DNA of 64,000 nucleotides from Pseudomonadota bacterium (GCA_018241685.1 JAFEDJ010000019.1:1265-65264); one strand, 5' to 3'; counted from the stretch's first letter, positions 29,401 through 39,490 are shown. Made by a program: numbers and translations. The notes: a model not told the origin generated them from the letters alone.

Positions 29401-30037
29401 GGTTGTCGCCATAGAAGTCGATGCCTGCAGCCCGCGGTGTGTAGATGTGATGGGGGAAGTGGATCTGGTCGAGACGGAAAGCCTGATCGGTGACATGCGC
29501 GCTTGTTGCATCCGTCTTGCCGGAGGTCAGGTCGGTGATATCGAAGCTCTGAGGTTGGCGCTGGATGGCGTCGATGGGCACGCCTTCCCGCTTGAGATAC
29601 ACCAGTAGCTCGTCCGCCATGGGGTCCAGCATGACCCGTTTGCCGAGCAGGTTCTGAATGCTGTCGGTGGCGCTGAAGGTCCCTGTGATAAGCACATAGG
29701 GGGAATGTTGCTGGATGACGGCCAGGGCCACTACCGGCTTGCCGGCTTTGCGGGCCAGCAGCAGACTGCTGGAGCCGACGCCGAATGTGGCACGACCGGA
29801 TACGACTTCCTCTACGCTATCTGTTCCCGGCCCGGCTTCACGGATTTGTACGTCGAGCCCTGCCTCCTCGTAGTAACCGCGTTCCTTGGCGACGTAATAT
29901 CCGGCGAACTCGAAACCGTGCCGCCATTTGAGCTGAACGACGGTGCTCCCGGCCGCATGAGCAAGGGACAGAGGGAGCATCAGCTGCAGTGCGAACAGCG
30001 CAGAGAGCAAGAGCCTAGAGGCAGGAATGTCGATCAT
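26423..30037 (-). CDS. Hybrid sensor kinase: NMT1/THI5-like binding domain, PAS x3, HisKA, HATPase, REC
   Basis: QLKW.H.FEFAGYY, FYGD.LFT, SHEIRTPMNG, NAIKFT, GGSGLGL, DCQMP. Confidence 0.93.
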   Translation of the reverse strand: MIDIPASRLLLSALFALQLMLPLSLAHAAGSTVVQLKWRHGFEFAGYYVAKERGYYEEAGLDVQIREAGPGTDSVEEVVSGRATFGVGSSSLLLARKAGKPVVALAVIQQHSPYVLITGTFSATDSIQNLLGKRVMLDPMADELLVYLKREGVPIDAIQRQPQSFDITDLTSGKTDATSAHVTDQAFRLDQIHFPHHIYTPRAAGIDFYGDNLFTSEQQLRANPGQVKAFIEASLRGWEHALAHPTETIDLILEKYAPQESRVQIQYEAERTEALIHADMVTIGYMNPGRWRHIADSYSEIGLLPENYALDGFLYDPEKGKTTYNELLRYLVLTLAITACAGSVTVYTVRVNQRLRRSQAQLAATLEAVPDLLFELDEEGIYLDVRARREALLAAPRNELLGRSAFDILPEGAAATLRDALHAACKHGADYGRVILLQLADGNRWFELSVARKPAPPNQPCRFIVMSRDITDRKQAEQDLRDERQRLVNVLNGTGAGTWEWNIQSGEVQFNERWAEMLGYRLDELQPLTIDTWTQLIHPDDLAHSIDILRQHFAGKIDQYEYETRIRTKEGRWAWMLNRGRVISRSPDGRPLMMYGTQMDIAARKEAEAKRIESEQLLHSAIDTIGEGFVIYDTDDRLAFFNEEYRQIYRGTVPIEVGRSFEEILHAGLQHAIYPDALGREEAWLAERLAWHQDGNSEVIQRLDDGRWLKIRERRTANGYTVGFRVDITELVRARQAAETASLAKSQFLATMSHEIRTPMNGILGMAQILLSPGITDPQRQEYAHIIIKAGQTLLTLLNDMLDLSKIEAGKLLIEPAPVDPAQCLQELKSLFEESAWRKGLVIETHWHGKAGACFRIDAHRLRQMLSNLIGNAIKFTSRGEIHIDAHEVERGGNHSTLEFSVSDTGIGIHADKLPRLFQPFNQADSSTTREYGGSGLGLSIVRSLAELMDGTVGVSSTPGQGSHFWFRIRAERLGTENAKVAADGEPATTCALSGKVLVVDDNGTERKVIAALLGKLGLSATLACDGREAVDAVTLGTPPDLVLMDCQMPDVDGYTATERIRTWERLNARPPLPIIALTASAFDEDLQRSIRAGMNDFLSKPVPIDTLRTVLAKWLRGAPGAGPTAPPLDNGLLLALVGELEPLLAGQKFDALIRFKELQALVSGTDLAAEISEIGTLLASFRFGPALERLRTLAASTSARQAS

Positions 30038-30234
30038 AACAAATTGATAATTTTGTCAAAAATATCAATTTGTTTTGCATTTGTAAATCGATTTTTATGA
30101 ATTTATTGTTTTGTGCAGTATGTCTGCCGTATGTGTGAACCAGCGCACAAATCAGAGGCTTTGAATATCGCCGGCGCCTCCCGCGGGGGCTGATGGTTTC
30201 AGGGACAGGGTTCGGCCAGTCCTGACCGGTTGAG

Positions 30235-32473
30235 TCAATGCCTGCCGCGTTCAAGCCAGTGAAGCAGGCAGGCATGGAGCCGGGCCGGGTCCACCGGTTT
30301 GGAGAGAAAGTCGTCCATGCCCGCTGCGAGGCAGCGTTCCCGGTCTTCGCGGAAGGCATTGGCGGTGAGCGCGACGATCGGCGTGTTGCTGTTTCGGGCA
30401 GCTTGCGGATCTCATGGCAGGCGGCGAGTCCATCCATCACCGGCATTTGCATGTCGAGCAGGATCAGTGCGTAGGGTGTCTGCTTGGCGAAGGCCAGCGC
30501 CTCGGCGCCGTTGTTTGCGGTGTCCACGGCCAGGCCGGCATCGGTGAGCATCTCGCTGGCGACGAGCTGATTGATCTGTTCGTCCTCCGCCAGGAGGATT
30601 CTTGCGCCGGCGTGGCAGGTGCGCAGGGCGTCGAGGGCGTCCACATCGTTGGCCTTGTCTGCCGTCCGAAGGGGGGCATCGCTGATTCCCAAGCGGACGG
30701 TGAACCAGAAGGTGCTGCCGGCGCCAGCGGTGCTCGATACGCCGGTCTCGCCACCCATCAGCCGGGCCAGGTGGCGATTGATGGCGAGCCCGAGGCCGGT
30801 GCCGCCGTACTTGCGTGTCGTCGAACCGTCAGCCTGTTCGAAGGCGTTGAACAGGCGGGCCTGCTGTGCGGGCGTCAGTCCGATGCCGGTGTCGCTGACC
30901 GAGAAGCGGAGCAGCACCTGGCCGTCCCGCTCTTCCTCGCGCCGGACGGTGAGGCGCACATGGCCGCGCTCGGTGAACTTGATGGCGTTGCTGAGGTAGT
31001 TGAGCAGCATCTGGGTGAGCCGCGTCATGTCCCCATGCAGGGTTTCGGGCAGCGGGTCGATATCGACGCCGTAGTCGAGGTCCTTGGTGCGCGCCTTCTC
31101 GCCGATCTGGCTGGATACCGAGGCCAGGAGGTTGTCCAGGCGGAAGCCCACCTGCTCGATGACGAGCTTGCCGGCTTCGACTTTCGACAGGTCGAGGATG
31201 TCGTTGATGATCTCCAGCAGGTGGGCTGCAGCGTGGCCGATGCGGTCCAGCAACTCGTGCTGGCGCGGGCTGGCGGGTTCCTTCCGGAGGATGTGGGTGA
31301 GTCCGACGATCGCGTTCATCGGAGTGCGGATCTCGTGGCTCATCGTCGCCAGGAAAGTGCTCTTGGCCTGGTTGGCAGCCTCCGCCTGGGCGCTGCGGCG
31401 TTCGAGTTGGCGGTTGAGTTCCTCGACCTGGCTGGTCCGTGCCTCTACCAGTTCCTGCAGATGATGGCGATGGCGGTCCAGTTCGGTGGCGAGGCGTTTG
31501 TGCTCGTTGATGTCGGTGTGGGTGCCGGACATGATCAGCGGCTGGCCTGTCGGGGCGCGTTCGACCACTTTTCCGCGGGACAGTATCCAGTGCCATTCGC
31601 CATTCTTTGTGAGGCAGCGCAGCTCAGCCTCGTGGAGTGGGCGAAGCCCTTGCAGGTGCGCTTCGATCGAGCGCGCATTGGCGGCCAGATCGTCGGGGTG
31701 GACGTAGCGGGGCCAGTTCTTCTCGCTGAGATCGCGCTCGCCCGGCGTGTAGCCAAGCATGGTCTCGAACCGGTCGCTGACGTCGAACGCATGGGTCTGG
31801 AGGTTCCAGTCCCAGAAGCCTTGATCGGAGCCTTCGATCACCCGCTCGTAGCGGGCGCGGGCGGCTGCTTCCAGTTGTTCGGCCTGGTGCCGGGCGCGCA
31901 TCGACAGATAGGCCAGGCTGATGATGCCGGTGATGAAGAGCAGGGCGGCAGCACTGGCCAGCTGGAAGTTGCGCTCGAAGCGTGCAGCGAGCAGGCGTCC
32001 GCGCTCGCGTATCACGCCGTCCGCGCGGGCGGCCTGGCGTTCGAGTCGTGGTAGGCGATCAGCAGGCCGACTTCGCGCTGGGGCTCGCGGCTGCCCCGAT
32101 GGCGCCAGTCGGCGAGCAGGGCCTCGAAATGCCGGACCTTGCGCTGCAATTCATCGGCGGGCGTCGGTGTTCGGGTCTCCAGGTCCGATACCGTCGCGGC
32201 CAGCGAGCCGGCGGCCTGACGCAGCAACGCGAGGCCCTGTTCGCTGCGGAAAGGGGAGCCGTCTGCGTCGCCCAGGCTGGCGTAGAGAAAACCTTTGGCC
32301 AGCTCGGTTCGGGCCAGCCGGACGGTTTCCAGGCGCCGGTTCACGTCGGTAAGATCCCGTTGCTGCTCGGCGTACAGCCAGACGAGGGCGGTGGCGATCA
32401 GTACCGCCAGGGCCATGGTGATGGCCAGCAGCAGGTGGGGGCGGCGGGTGAGGCGGGGGCGCAGGGTACTCAC
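30235..32473 (-). pseudogene. Hybrid sensor kinase (periplasmic domain-PAS-HisKA-HATPase-REC) broken by two 1-bp frameshifts
   Basis: Adding 1 nt at about 32045 joins AYHD-LERQAARADGVIRE; adding 1 nt at about 30394 restores [33 protein letters not shown] through to TGA at 30235. Confidence 0.85.
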
Positions 32474-33345
32474 CGGGCGAGTACCTCCCGGGTCCGGACG
32501 GTGCCGGGCAGCTCCCCATCATCGAAACCAAAGGCCGAGACCAGCGTCCGGTGTTCGAGGCTACCGACGTAGCCAGCTTGTGCGGCGTTCCAGGCGGCTT
32601 GCAGGTGGGTGTCGTCCTTGCGGAAGGCGAAAGCCCCGTAGCCAATCCGCCCTTGCGGTATGTCCGGCTGGGTGAACGGCGCGGCGATCTCAGTGTGGCC
32701 AAGTTCGTGCAGCAAGGCCAGCCAGCGCAGGGAGGGGAGGGACAGGGCGAACCCCTGGACTGCGCCGGTTTCGACGGCGATCCGGCCGGTGCGGGCATCC
32801 GGTACGTGTGTGAGCTGTGCCGGGTCACGGACCAGTGCGGCGAGCTGGGCCTCTTCGATGGAGCCGGAGAGTACAGCGATCTTCACCAGCCTGTTGTGGA
32901 CGGCGTCGGCATACGAGTGCAGTGCATGGGGATTGCCGGGATTGACCAGCAGCCCTTCGCGAACGTGGAAGGTGGGTTCCGAGAAGGCGACGCGGTGGGC
33001 GCGTTCAGGCGTGATGAACATGCCCGCGGCGATCACGTCGATGCGGCCGTCCTCGAGATCGGAGATCAGTTCGGAGAACTCGGCGAGGCGCCATTCGATA
33101 TGTGGAATGCCGAGCCGGGCGACGATACGGCGGGCGACCTCGGGGGATTCGCCGGTTACGTCGCCATTGGCCCGCAGATAGGCGTAGGGGGCTTCGATGG
33201 CGTAGCCGATGCGGATCACGCCGGGTTCGCGCAGCCCGAGGGGCGAGTCCGGATGTTCCGTGCGGGGCCACACGGCGACGGCAAGGCCGAGTACGAGCGC
33301 AGCCGCCAGCAGTAGCCCAACAAAGGAAGCCCGGTTCATCGGCAC
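32470..33345 (-). CDS. EhuB-like (ectoine/polar amino acid) substrate-binding protein, orphan
   Basis: IRIG.A.EAPYAY...GDVTGESPEVAR, LI..L..GRIDVIAAGMFITPER; coupled (GTGA) to the kinase; no permease nearby. Confidence 0.8.
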   Translation of the reverse strand: MPMNRASFVGLLLAAALVLGLAVAVWPRTEHPDSPLGLREPGVIRIGYAIEAPYAYLRANGDVTGESPEVARRIVARLGIPHIEWRLAEFSELISDLEDGRIDVIAAGMFITPERAHRVAFSEPTFHVREGLLVNPGNPHALHSYADAVHNRLVKIAVLSGSIEEAQLAALVRDPAQLTHVPDARTGRIAVETGAVQGFALSLPSLRWLALLHELGHTEIAAPFTQPDIPQGRIGYGAFAFRKDDTHLQAAWNAAQAGYVGSLEHRTLVSAFGFDDGELPGTVRTREVLAR

Positions 33346-33370
33346 GGATTCAGGGAGTCGCGATCTGCGG

Positions 33371-33871
33371 CTAATTTAGCCCATATCTACGTGGGGCTTG
33401 TGGTTCAACCGTGAGCTGGTCGTGATCTCTGTCCTTGCTGTCGTCTTCGGCCTTGCAGCGGGCGATGGCGGCCAGTGCGGCTCCGACCCGTAGCAGCACG
33501 CCCTGGCGGCGCAGGTAGGCGTTCTGGACCCGGTAGGCGAGTGCCTCGTGGCGCAGGGTGTCCTCGCAACGGGCGAAGAGGTCGGGGCCGTAGCGCCGGA
33601 ATTGCAGGACATGGACGAATTCGTGCAGCAGGTAGGAATGGTCGGCAGGCTGGCTCAGGTCCAGGCGCGCGTCGATCAGGATGCGGTAGCGGGGGATATC
33701 GAAGTAGGCGGCGATGCCGACGCATTCGGCCGGCCGTTCGGGGCAGACCTGCTGGCGCAGATCGGCCGGGGTCAGCCGGACGATCGGCGGCAGGTCTTCC
33801 GGTGCCTGGGCCGGCAGGCCGCTGACAGATGAGGCGAAGGCCAGCAGCCAGGCGATGAGTTCCGTGTCCAT
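33371..33871 (-). CDS. HExxH metallopeptidase-like protein (DUF6647-like)
   Basis: C.....C, LLHEFVHVLQ and C...E..AY..Q motifs; real start is ATG 33871 inside the longer track ORF. Confidence 0.65.
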   Translation of the reverse strand: MDTELIAWLLAFASSVSGLPAQAPEDLPPIVRLTPADLRQQVCPERPAECVGIAAYFDIPRYRILIDARLDLSQPADHSYLLHEFVHVLQFRRYGPDLFARCEDTLRHEALAYRVQNAYLRRQGVLLRVGAALAAIARCKAEDDSKDRDHDQLTVEPQAPRRYGLN

Positions 33872-33969
33872 GACGTCGCTCCCAGAGGGCGGGGCCCTTC
33901 GGGAGGTGGACTGCGGCGGCACGGATCGGTTTCGCCGGGATGATCGCCGGCCCGGCGGGGGGCTTTCCG

Positions 33970-34359
33970 CTACGCGGCGTCGGGCCACATCAGCGTGCGT
34001 AGCTCGGCGCCGATGCGCTCGCCGCGTCCCCAGGCTGTGGTGGCTTCGATGAACAGGCGGGCATCTGCCGGGTCGTTGACCAGCACGTCGTATTCGGCGA
34101 AGAAACTGCCGTCCGCGTTGATGATCAGGCTGCCCTTGCGTCCGGCCCCGTCGGCCGGCCAGGTGCCGATCAGCGCGGCTTCCCCGGTGTAGGGGTCGTC
34201 GCGCAGGCTGTAATCGGCCCGCGCCGGATCGATGTCCGGCGCGGGAAGGCCGTGGCGCTCCACCTCCTGGGCGAGACGGGCGCAGATCCGTTCGAGCAGC
34301 GGGCGCTCCTGCGCCAGCCGCCCGTCCGTGCTGCCGCTCACGGCCTGTCCGGTGCTCAC
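33970..34359 (-). CDS. Conserved nif-operon hypothetical protein
   Basis: DPY....L.G.W, G.L.IN.DGSFFAEYDV, F.EA.TAWG; coupled to fdxB. Confidence 0.7.
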   Translation of the reverse strand: MSTGQAVSGSTDGRLAQERPLLERICARLAQEVERHGLPAPDIDPARADYSLRDDPYTGEAALIGTWPADGAGRKGSLIINADGSFFAEYDVLVNDPADARLFIEATTAWGRGERIGAELRTLMWPDAA

Positions 34360-34637
34360 AGCGAGGCCGGCGAGTGGGTGTGACAGTCCTTCGGACAGAC
34401 CCGGCCACAGGAACCGCAGCCGATGCAGTCCATCGCGTCGGCGATGGCCATCACCATCGTGTTGTCGTCGTCGCCTTCGTCATCATCGTCGAATTCGCGT
34501 TCGACGAGTTCGAAGACGTTGCGCGGACAAACCTTGTAGCAGCGGCCGCAGCCGATGCAGGTTTCCTGGTTGAGGTCGGTGACGAAGGTCGGGGTGTAGG
34601 CTTTGCCGCCCCGGGTCAAGCCGGTAATCGTTTCCAT
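34356..34637 (-). CDS. fdxB: Ferredoxin III, nif-specific
   Basis: CIGCGRCYKVCP and CIGCGSCGRVCP; TGLTRGG N-terminus. Confidence 0.92.
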   Translation of the reverse strand: METITGLTRGGKAYTPTFVTDLNQETCIGCGRCYKVCPRNVFELVEREFDDDDEGDDDNTMVMAIADAMDCIGCGSCGRVCPKDCHTHSPASL

Positions 34638-34664
34638 GATCGTGCCTTGATTGCGTGGTGCTGC

Positions 34665-34883
34665 TTACTGACCGCCGGCGGCGGCCAGCTTGCGGTTGGC
34701 CTCGGCCCATGCCTGGCAGGCCTCGTAGGTGGATTTGGCGATGCCGGGAATCTCCTCGTAGGCGGCCGGCAGGCGGTCTTCCACCAGGTCGTGCATCTGC
34801 GATGCCCATTCGGAGGCGATGCGCTTGAGCTTGCGCACCTCCTTGTCGAGGGCCTTGATTTCCTCTTCGGTCATGGCGCTCAC
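34665..34883 (-). CDS. CCE_0567/DUF683 Rop-like nif protein
   Basis: KEVRKLK..ASE.A..MHDL.EDRLP motif. Confidence 0.85.
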   Translation of the reverse strand: MSAMTEEEIKALDKEVRKLKRIASEWASQMHDLVEDRLPAAYEEIPGIAKSTYEACQAWAEANRKLAAAGGQ

Positions 34884-34884
34884 C

Positions 34885-35355
34885 TTACAGACCGGCGACT
34901 TCCGGGTACTTGCCGACGATCGCCAGGGCGACGGACAGCAGCTTGTCGGCCTCGTCCTTCATCTTGCCGATGCTGTCGAAGCCGAAGCGATGGACGTCGC
35001 GCAGGGTGCGGTCGAGGACGATCAGTTTGCCCACCGAGATCAGCGCGCGGCCAAAGCCTTCGTGGGTGATGTTGATGATCGAGCTGGCCATCAGGCCGCT
35101 TTCCTTTTCGATCAGCACCGCCAGGCCGTTGTAGAAGGCCTTCACGCGGGACAGGATGACTTCGTCCGGATCGCCGATCACCGGGATCTCGCGGCGCTGG
35201 TCCTTGGTGACGATGAAGGGGGCCAGCACCCGTTCGTTGGGCCAGCCGTCGTAGGTGCCATAGGAGTCAAGCGCGCGCATCTGCTTGACCATCTCTTTGA
35301 CGTAATCGGAACTCCACAGGCCTTCGTCAGCGGTGGCGGTAGTCATTGTTGTCAC
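34885..35355 (-). CDS. NifX-associated protein (DUF269)
   Basis: RALDSYG, REIPVIGDPD, HEGFGR and RDVHRFGF motifs. Confidence 0.92.
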   Translation of the reverse strand: MTTMTTATADEGLWSSDYVKEMVKQMRALDSYGTYDGWPNERVLAPFIVTKDQRREIPVIGDPDEVILSRVKAFYNGLAVLIEKESGLMASSIINITHEGFGRALISVGKLIVLDRTLRDVHRFGFDSIGKMKDEADKLLSVALAIVGKYPEVAGL

Positions 35356-35825
35356 TCCTTGGATAAAGCGGCTTGAAAATAGATCGGCAGGGCGGAGCCC
35401 GATGCCGGCGCGGTATTTGCGATGGCGAGGATGCGCACCCCGCTCGGGATGCGGGCGGCGGCGAGGCGGGCACCGACGAAGCCGGACAGCGCGCCGAGCA
35501 GCGCGCCGAGGGCTTCGCCGCTGCTGCCGAACAGGCCGTGCGCCAGCGCCATGCCGGCGATCAGCCCGACGGTCGGCAGCCCGTAGGCGACGCCGACGGC
35601 GGTGGTCATGGATTCGGAGCTGACGGAGAGGTCGACGATGTCGCCCGCCTTGGCGCCCACCGTGTTGGCGAGGCGCAGCACCATGCGTCCGTGCAGCCCG
35701 ACCTTGCCCTCCTTGGGCACGCCGCAGGCGCTGGCAGTGCCGCAGCTGGAGCAGTCGCTGCCGCCGGCTTCGACTTCAGCCCATGCGGCGTCTGCCGCGA
35801 TGACGCGGCCTTGTTCGATCATCAT
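35352..35825 (-). CDS. rseC: RseC/MucC-family membrane protein
   Basis: G.V.......V......CSSCG....CG, N..GA.AGD.V, AYGLP and two TM segments. Confidence 0.85.
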   Translation of the reverse strand: MMIEQGRVIAADAAWAEVEAGGSDCSSCGTASACGVPKEGKVGLHGRMVLRLANTVGAKAGDIVDLSVSSESMTTAVGVAYGLPTVGLIAGMALAHGLFGSSGEALGALLGALSGFVGARLAAARIPSGVRILAIANTAPASGSALPIYFQAALSKE

Positions 35826-36247
35826 TCGCTCCACCCTTCCTCTTCCATGTCCGCAAAACGCTCGGCGGCCTTGGGCGTGCCACGGTTGACCGCCTTGGCC
35901 AGCCAGCCGGTGGGGCCTTCCTTGAGTTCGCCCTGCAGCATCGCGATGACGGAATCGATGGTGGTGCCGTTCTCGACCTTGACCGGTTGCACACCCTTGG
36001 AGAGCAGGCGCTGGATCGCCGAGGCGCCGACCGCTTCGCTGAACACCGCGGCGCAGCCGTCGAGGAGGGCGATCTTGGCGTCCAGCTTGCCCTCGTGGCC
36101 GTCCATCGCGGTTTCGATGAACTGGGCGACCTCGATGAGGCGCGAGCTCTCGGGGCCGATCTCGTGGATGGCGAAGGCGCTGGCGGCACCGAAGTGCTGA
36201 TCGATGATCACTCGGTCACTGCTGGCAAAGGCAACAAGTAGCTGCAT
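35822..36247 (-). CDS. nifX: FeMo-cofactor carrier NifX
   Basis: VAFASSD...DQHFG, GHEGKL..KI.LL.GC.A, GVQPVK and WL.KA motifs. Confidence 0.95.
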   Translation of the reverse strand: MQLLVAFASSDRVIIDQHFGAASAFAIHEIGPESSRLIEVAQFIETAMDGHEGKLDAKIALLDGCAAVFSEAVGASAIQRLLSKGVQPVKVENGTTIDSVIAMLQGELKEGPTGWLAKAVNRGTPKAAERFADMEEEGWSE

Positions 36248-36257
36248 GGCGGATTCC

Positions 36258-37676
36258 TCAGTGGAGTGGGAGACCACCAGCCGTAGGCGCCGTGGCGGCC
36301 GTGCCGAGCTCGGCGAAGGCTTCTGCGGGCCGGAAGATGGACCGGTACGGGGCGATGAGGTGGTGTTCTTCATGATGTTCGAGCAGCAGGTTGGCGAGGT
36401 CGAACAAGGCTTGCCGGCTACCGCGGTAGCCGATCCAGGTGCGGGTGTAGCCACCCACGAGGTCGTACTGGGGGAAACCGATGCGCAGGATCGGCACGCC
36501 GAGGCGCTCGGCGCTGGAAACCGCGTGGGAGTTACCGATGACGAGCTGGCACTGGCCCTCACGCCCGGCGATCTCCAGGTCTTCCAGGTCGCCGATGTGT
36601 ACCTTGTCGGCGGGCACGTCGTCGAGAGACGGCGCGCGGACCGGTGCGATGGCGGCGACGATTTCCGAGCCGACGGACTTGAGGAACTGGCTCATGCCGA
36701 GCAGTAGGTCGGGGTCCGCGGCAATTGCAACGCGCGCCATGCCGAGCATGAAGTGGCAATCGACGAGAGCGTCCTGGTACTGGGCGCGCTGGCGTTCGAT
36801 ACGCTCCGGCACCGGATGGCCGGACACTTCTGCCAGCACGCCGATCAAGCGGTCGTTGGCGTCCAGGCCCATCAGGTGGTCGAAGCGATGGTCGGGCACG
36901 CCGGTGCGCTCGGCCAGCACGTCGGCAGCGGCGTCCAGCGAACGGCCGATGACGATCGTCGCGGCGGCTTCGCCAAGGGTGGCGAATTCGCTGACCGGCG
37001 TGCCGCCGAGGGTCAGCGGCGTGTAGTCCTCGGGCATCAGGTGACCGTCGAGGGAGTCGCCCACGTCGGGCACCATCACCGGGCGCAGGCCGAAGGCTTC
37101 GATGAGTTCCTTCAGCGCCTCGGTGTCGCCGGGCGTCAGGGAGGCGTGGGGAACTACGTTGATCTGGCGCGGGCGCAGGCCGACGCGGGTACGATCTTCC
37201 GGCACCAGCGCTTCGAACATGCCTTTGACGGCCAGCGCGTAGCCGGTTTCCAGGCAGCCGGTGAAGTCCGGCGTATTGACCGGGATCACCGCCACGTGGG
37301 CGTATTCCGGGTACTGGCGGTAGAAGTCCTTGACCAGCCGGGTGATGTCGGTGCCCTGGGTTTCCGACAGGCCGGTGGTCGGCAGGCCGATCATCGCTGG
37401 CTTCTGCTTGGCGCAGATGGTGGCGAGGCCCTGGATCACGTTGTCGTCGGCGCCCATCACGCTGCTGGCCTGGTCCATCGCGGTGGTCTGCAGCGGAATC
37501 GGCTCGCGGAAGTGGCGTACGAAATAAACCTTGGCGAAGGCCGTGCAGCCCTGGCTGCCGTGCAGCATCGGAATGGCGTGGTGGATGCCCAGAAAGGCCA
37601 GGGCGGCGCCGGTCGGCGAGCTGGCCTTGAGGGGGCTCACCGACATGGCCTTGCTGCGCTTGATGATCTCGCTCAT
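36258..37676 (-). CDS. nifN: FeMo-cofactor scaffold NifN
   Basis: [33 protein letters not shown]. Confidence 0.97.
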   Translation of the reverse strand: MSEIIKRSKAMSVSPLKASSPTGAALAFLGIHHAIPMLHGSQGCTAFAKVYFVRHFREPIPLQTTAMDQASSVMGADDNVIQGLATICAKQKPAMIGLPTTGLSETQGTDITRLVKDFYRQYPEYAHVAVIPVNTPDFTGCLETGYALAVKGMFEALVPEDRTRVGLRPRQINVVPHASLTPGDTEALKELIEAFGLRPVMVPDVGDSLDGHLMPEDYTPLTLGGTPVSEFATLGEAAATIVIGRSLDAAADVLAERTGVPDHRFDHLMGLDANDRLIGVLAEVSGHPVPERIERQRAQYQDALVDCHFMLGMARVAIAADPDLLLGMSQFLKSVGSEIVAAIAPVRAPSLDDVPADKVHIGDLEDLEIAGREGQCQLVIGNSHAVSSAERLGVPILRIGFPQYDLVGGYTRTWIGYRGSRQALFDLANLLLEHHEEHHLIAPYRSIFRPAEAFAELGTAATAPTAGGLPLH

Positions 37677-37687
37677 GGCTGGGCTCC

Positions 37688-39184
37688 TCAGGCGGCGGCG
37701 TGGTGGTGGTCGTGCACGTCGTCCATGTCGAAGCCATCATCGAGAGGCATCGGCAGGTCGTCGGCATCCAGCGGCAGTTCGGGTGCGGCAGGGCGCAGCG
37801 CGGCCCACGGTGCGGCGCTGCGGGCCTGCGTCCACACGGGGGATTCGAGGGTCAGGGCGAGTTGCTTGACCAGTTCGAGCATGCCGGTGTAGCCGGCGTA
37901 GCCGAATTCCCGTTCCTGGTTGATGTCGAGGAAGGGCAGGCGGGCCTTGAGGGCGGTGTAAAGGTTGCGGCCGCCGGCGATAAGGATGTCGGCGCGCAGT
38001 TCCTTCACCATGTTGAGCAGCGCGCGCGGCGAGCCATCCTCGACCATCTTGGCTTCCGGGCCCATCAGCTCGCGGATGCGCGCCTTGTCTTCCTCGGTGG
38101 ATTTCTTGGTGGCGGTGGCGACGACCACCAGGCCGAGATCCTGCAGCGCGGAGACGATGGACCAGCTCTTCACGCCGCCGGTGTTGAGCAGCACCCGCTT
38201 GCCTTCGAGGCGCGCGCGCCAGGGCTTGAGGGCGGCGAAGATCTTGGCTTCTTCGCGGGCGATGAGGGCTTCGGTGCGCTCGGTGAGGTCCGGATCGCCG
38301 ATCAGGCGGGCGAAGTCGCGCAGGGCCTGGGTGGTGTCGGTGATGCCGTAGAAGCTGCCCTCGAACCACGGTGTGCCGAAGCGGTCTTCGAGCTTGCGGG
38401 CGACGTTGAGCATCGCCTTGGAGCACACCATCATGTTCACTTCGGCCCGGTGCATGGACTGCACCTCGTGGAAGCGGCCGTCGCCGGACAGGGTGCAGAT
38501 CACGCGGATGCCCAACTCGTCGAGCAGCGGCGCGATGAACCAGAACTCGCCGGCGATGTTGTATTCGCCGATGAGGTTCACATTGTGGATCTTGATGCCG
38601 CGCTTCTCCGCGTATTCGATGGCTGCGGCTGGCGGCGGCAGGGGCTCGGCAGTACCGGCCACGTACTTGACCATCGCCTCGCCGGCAATCCGGTTACCGA
38701 GGTTCTTGGTGCCGTAGAAACCGGCGGAATCGACCGGGACCACCGGCGTGCCCCAGCGTTCGGTGGCGGCCTTGCAGACGGCGTCGATGTCGTCGCCGAC
38801 CAGGGCTGGGACACAGGTGTTGTAGACGAAAACGGCCTTCGGGTTGTGGGTCTCGATGGCCTGCTTGATTGAGTGGAACAGCCGCTTTTCGCTGCGACCC
38901 ATGATCACGTCCTGCTCGGTGAGGTCGGTGGTCATGCCGATGCGGTACAGCGTGGGACCGGTGGAGCGGGTGCCCCGGTTGTCCCAGGAGCTGCCGGCGC
39001 AGGCGATCGGACCGTGGACGATGTGGGCTACGTCGGCGATCGGCAGCAGCGCGATCTGGGCGCCGTCGAAGGCGCAACCACCGGCGGAGGCACCCGGCGT
39101 CGGCTTGGAGCAGCCGGATTTCGCCTTCTTGTTGTGGGTGCAGGCGGGTTCGTCGAGAAGGACTGCTACTTCAGATGGTTTCAC
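37688..39184 (-). CDS. nifE: FeMo-cofactor scaffold NifE
   Basis: [39 protein letters not shown]. Confidence 0.97.
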   Translation of the reverse strand: MKPSEVAVLLDEPACTHNKKAKSGCSKPTPGASAGGCAFDGAQIALLPIADVAHIVHGPIACAGSSWDNRGTRSTGPTLYRIGMTTDLTEQDVIMGRSEKRLFHSIKQAIETHNPKAVFVYNTCVPALVGDDIDAVCKAATERWGTPVVPVDSAGFYGTKNLGNRIAGEAMVKYVAGTAEPLPPPAAAIEYAEKRGIKIHNVNLIGEYNIAGEFWFIAPLLDELGIRVICTLSGDGRFHEVQSMHRAEVNMMVCSKAMLNVARKLEDRFGTPWFEGSFYGITDTTQALRDFARLIGDPDLTERTEALIAREEAKIFAALKPWRARLEGKRVLLNTGGVKSWSIVSALQDLGLVVVATATKKSTEEDKARIRELMGPEAKMVEDGSPRALLNMVKELRADILIAGGRNLYTALKARLPFLDINQEREFGYAGYTGMLELVKQLALTLESPVWTQARSAAPWAALRPAAPELPLDADDLPMPLDDGFDMDDVHDHHHAAA

Positions 39185-39218
39185 CGCGAATCTCCCGGTT
39201 GGTCTCGGGTATCGATCC

Positions 39219-39233
39219 GCAAGCTCCGTGCCA
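39219..39233 (-). promoter_or_regulatory. sigma54 promoter of nifENX
   Basis: TGGCACGGAGCTTGC, canonical -24/-12. Confidence 0.92.
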
Positions 39234-39297
39234 TCTGGCGGAAGATGCTAAGGCATTGAAATTACAGCAGTGTGGCGAAATGTGGTGGATGTGGGCT

Positions 39298-39344
39298 TGT
39301 GATGAACCCTACAAGCACCGCGGTCCATTGTCAGGGGCTCCACA
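39298..39344. promoter_or_regulatory. Two NifA upstream activator sites
   Basis: TGT-N10-ACA at 39298-39313 and 39329-39344, both with palindromic flanks, 65-110 bp upstream of -24. Confidence 0.88.
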
Positions 39345-39490
39345 ATGGCCGTGCGTCATGCCGAAGGAATGCGGTAATACGCCTTGCCTTTTAAGTACAA
39401 AAACATTCGACGTCCGCGGAATGCCTTGCTATTGTGTGAGGGCGGACTGTCTCTCGTGGCCGCCATTCTTTTCGAAATGGAGCGCGTCAA

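Noticed and set aside
30015-30400. C-terminal extension of track ORF 30015..32015
   Set aside because: It is out-of-frame read-through after the frameshift; the real REC end is in another frame, stopping at 30235.
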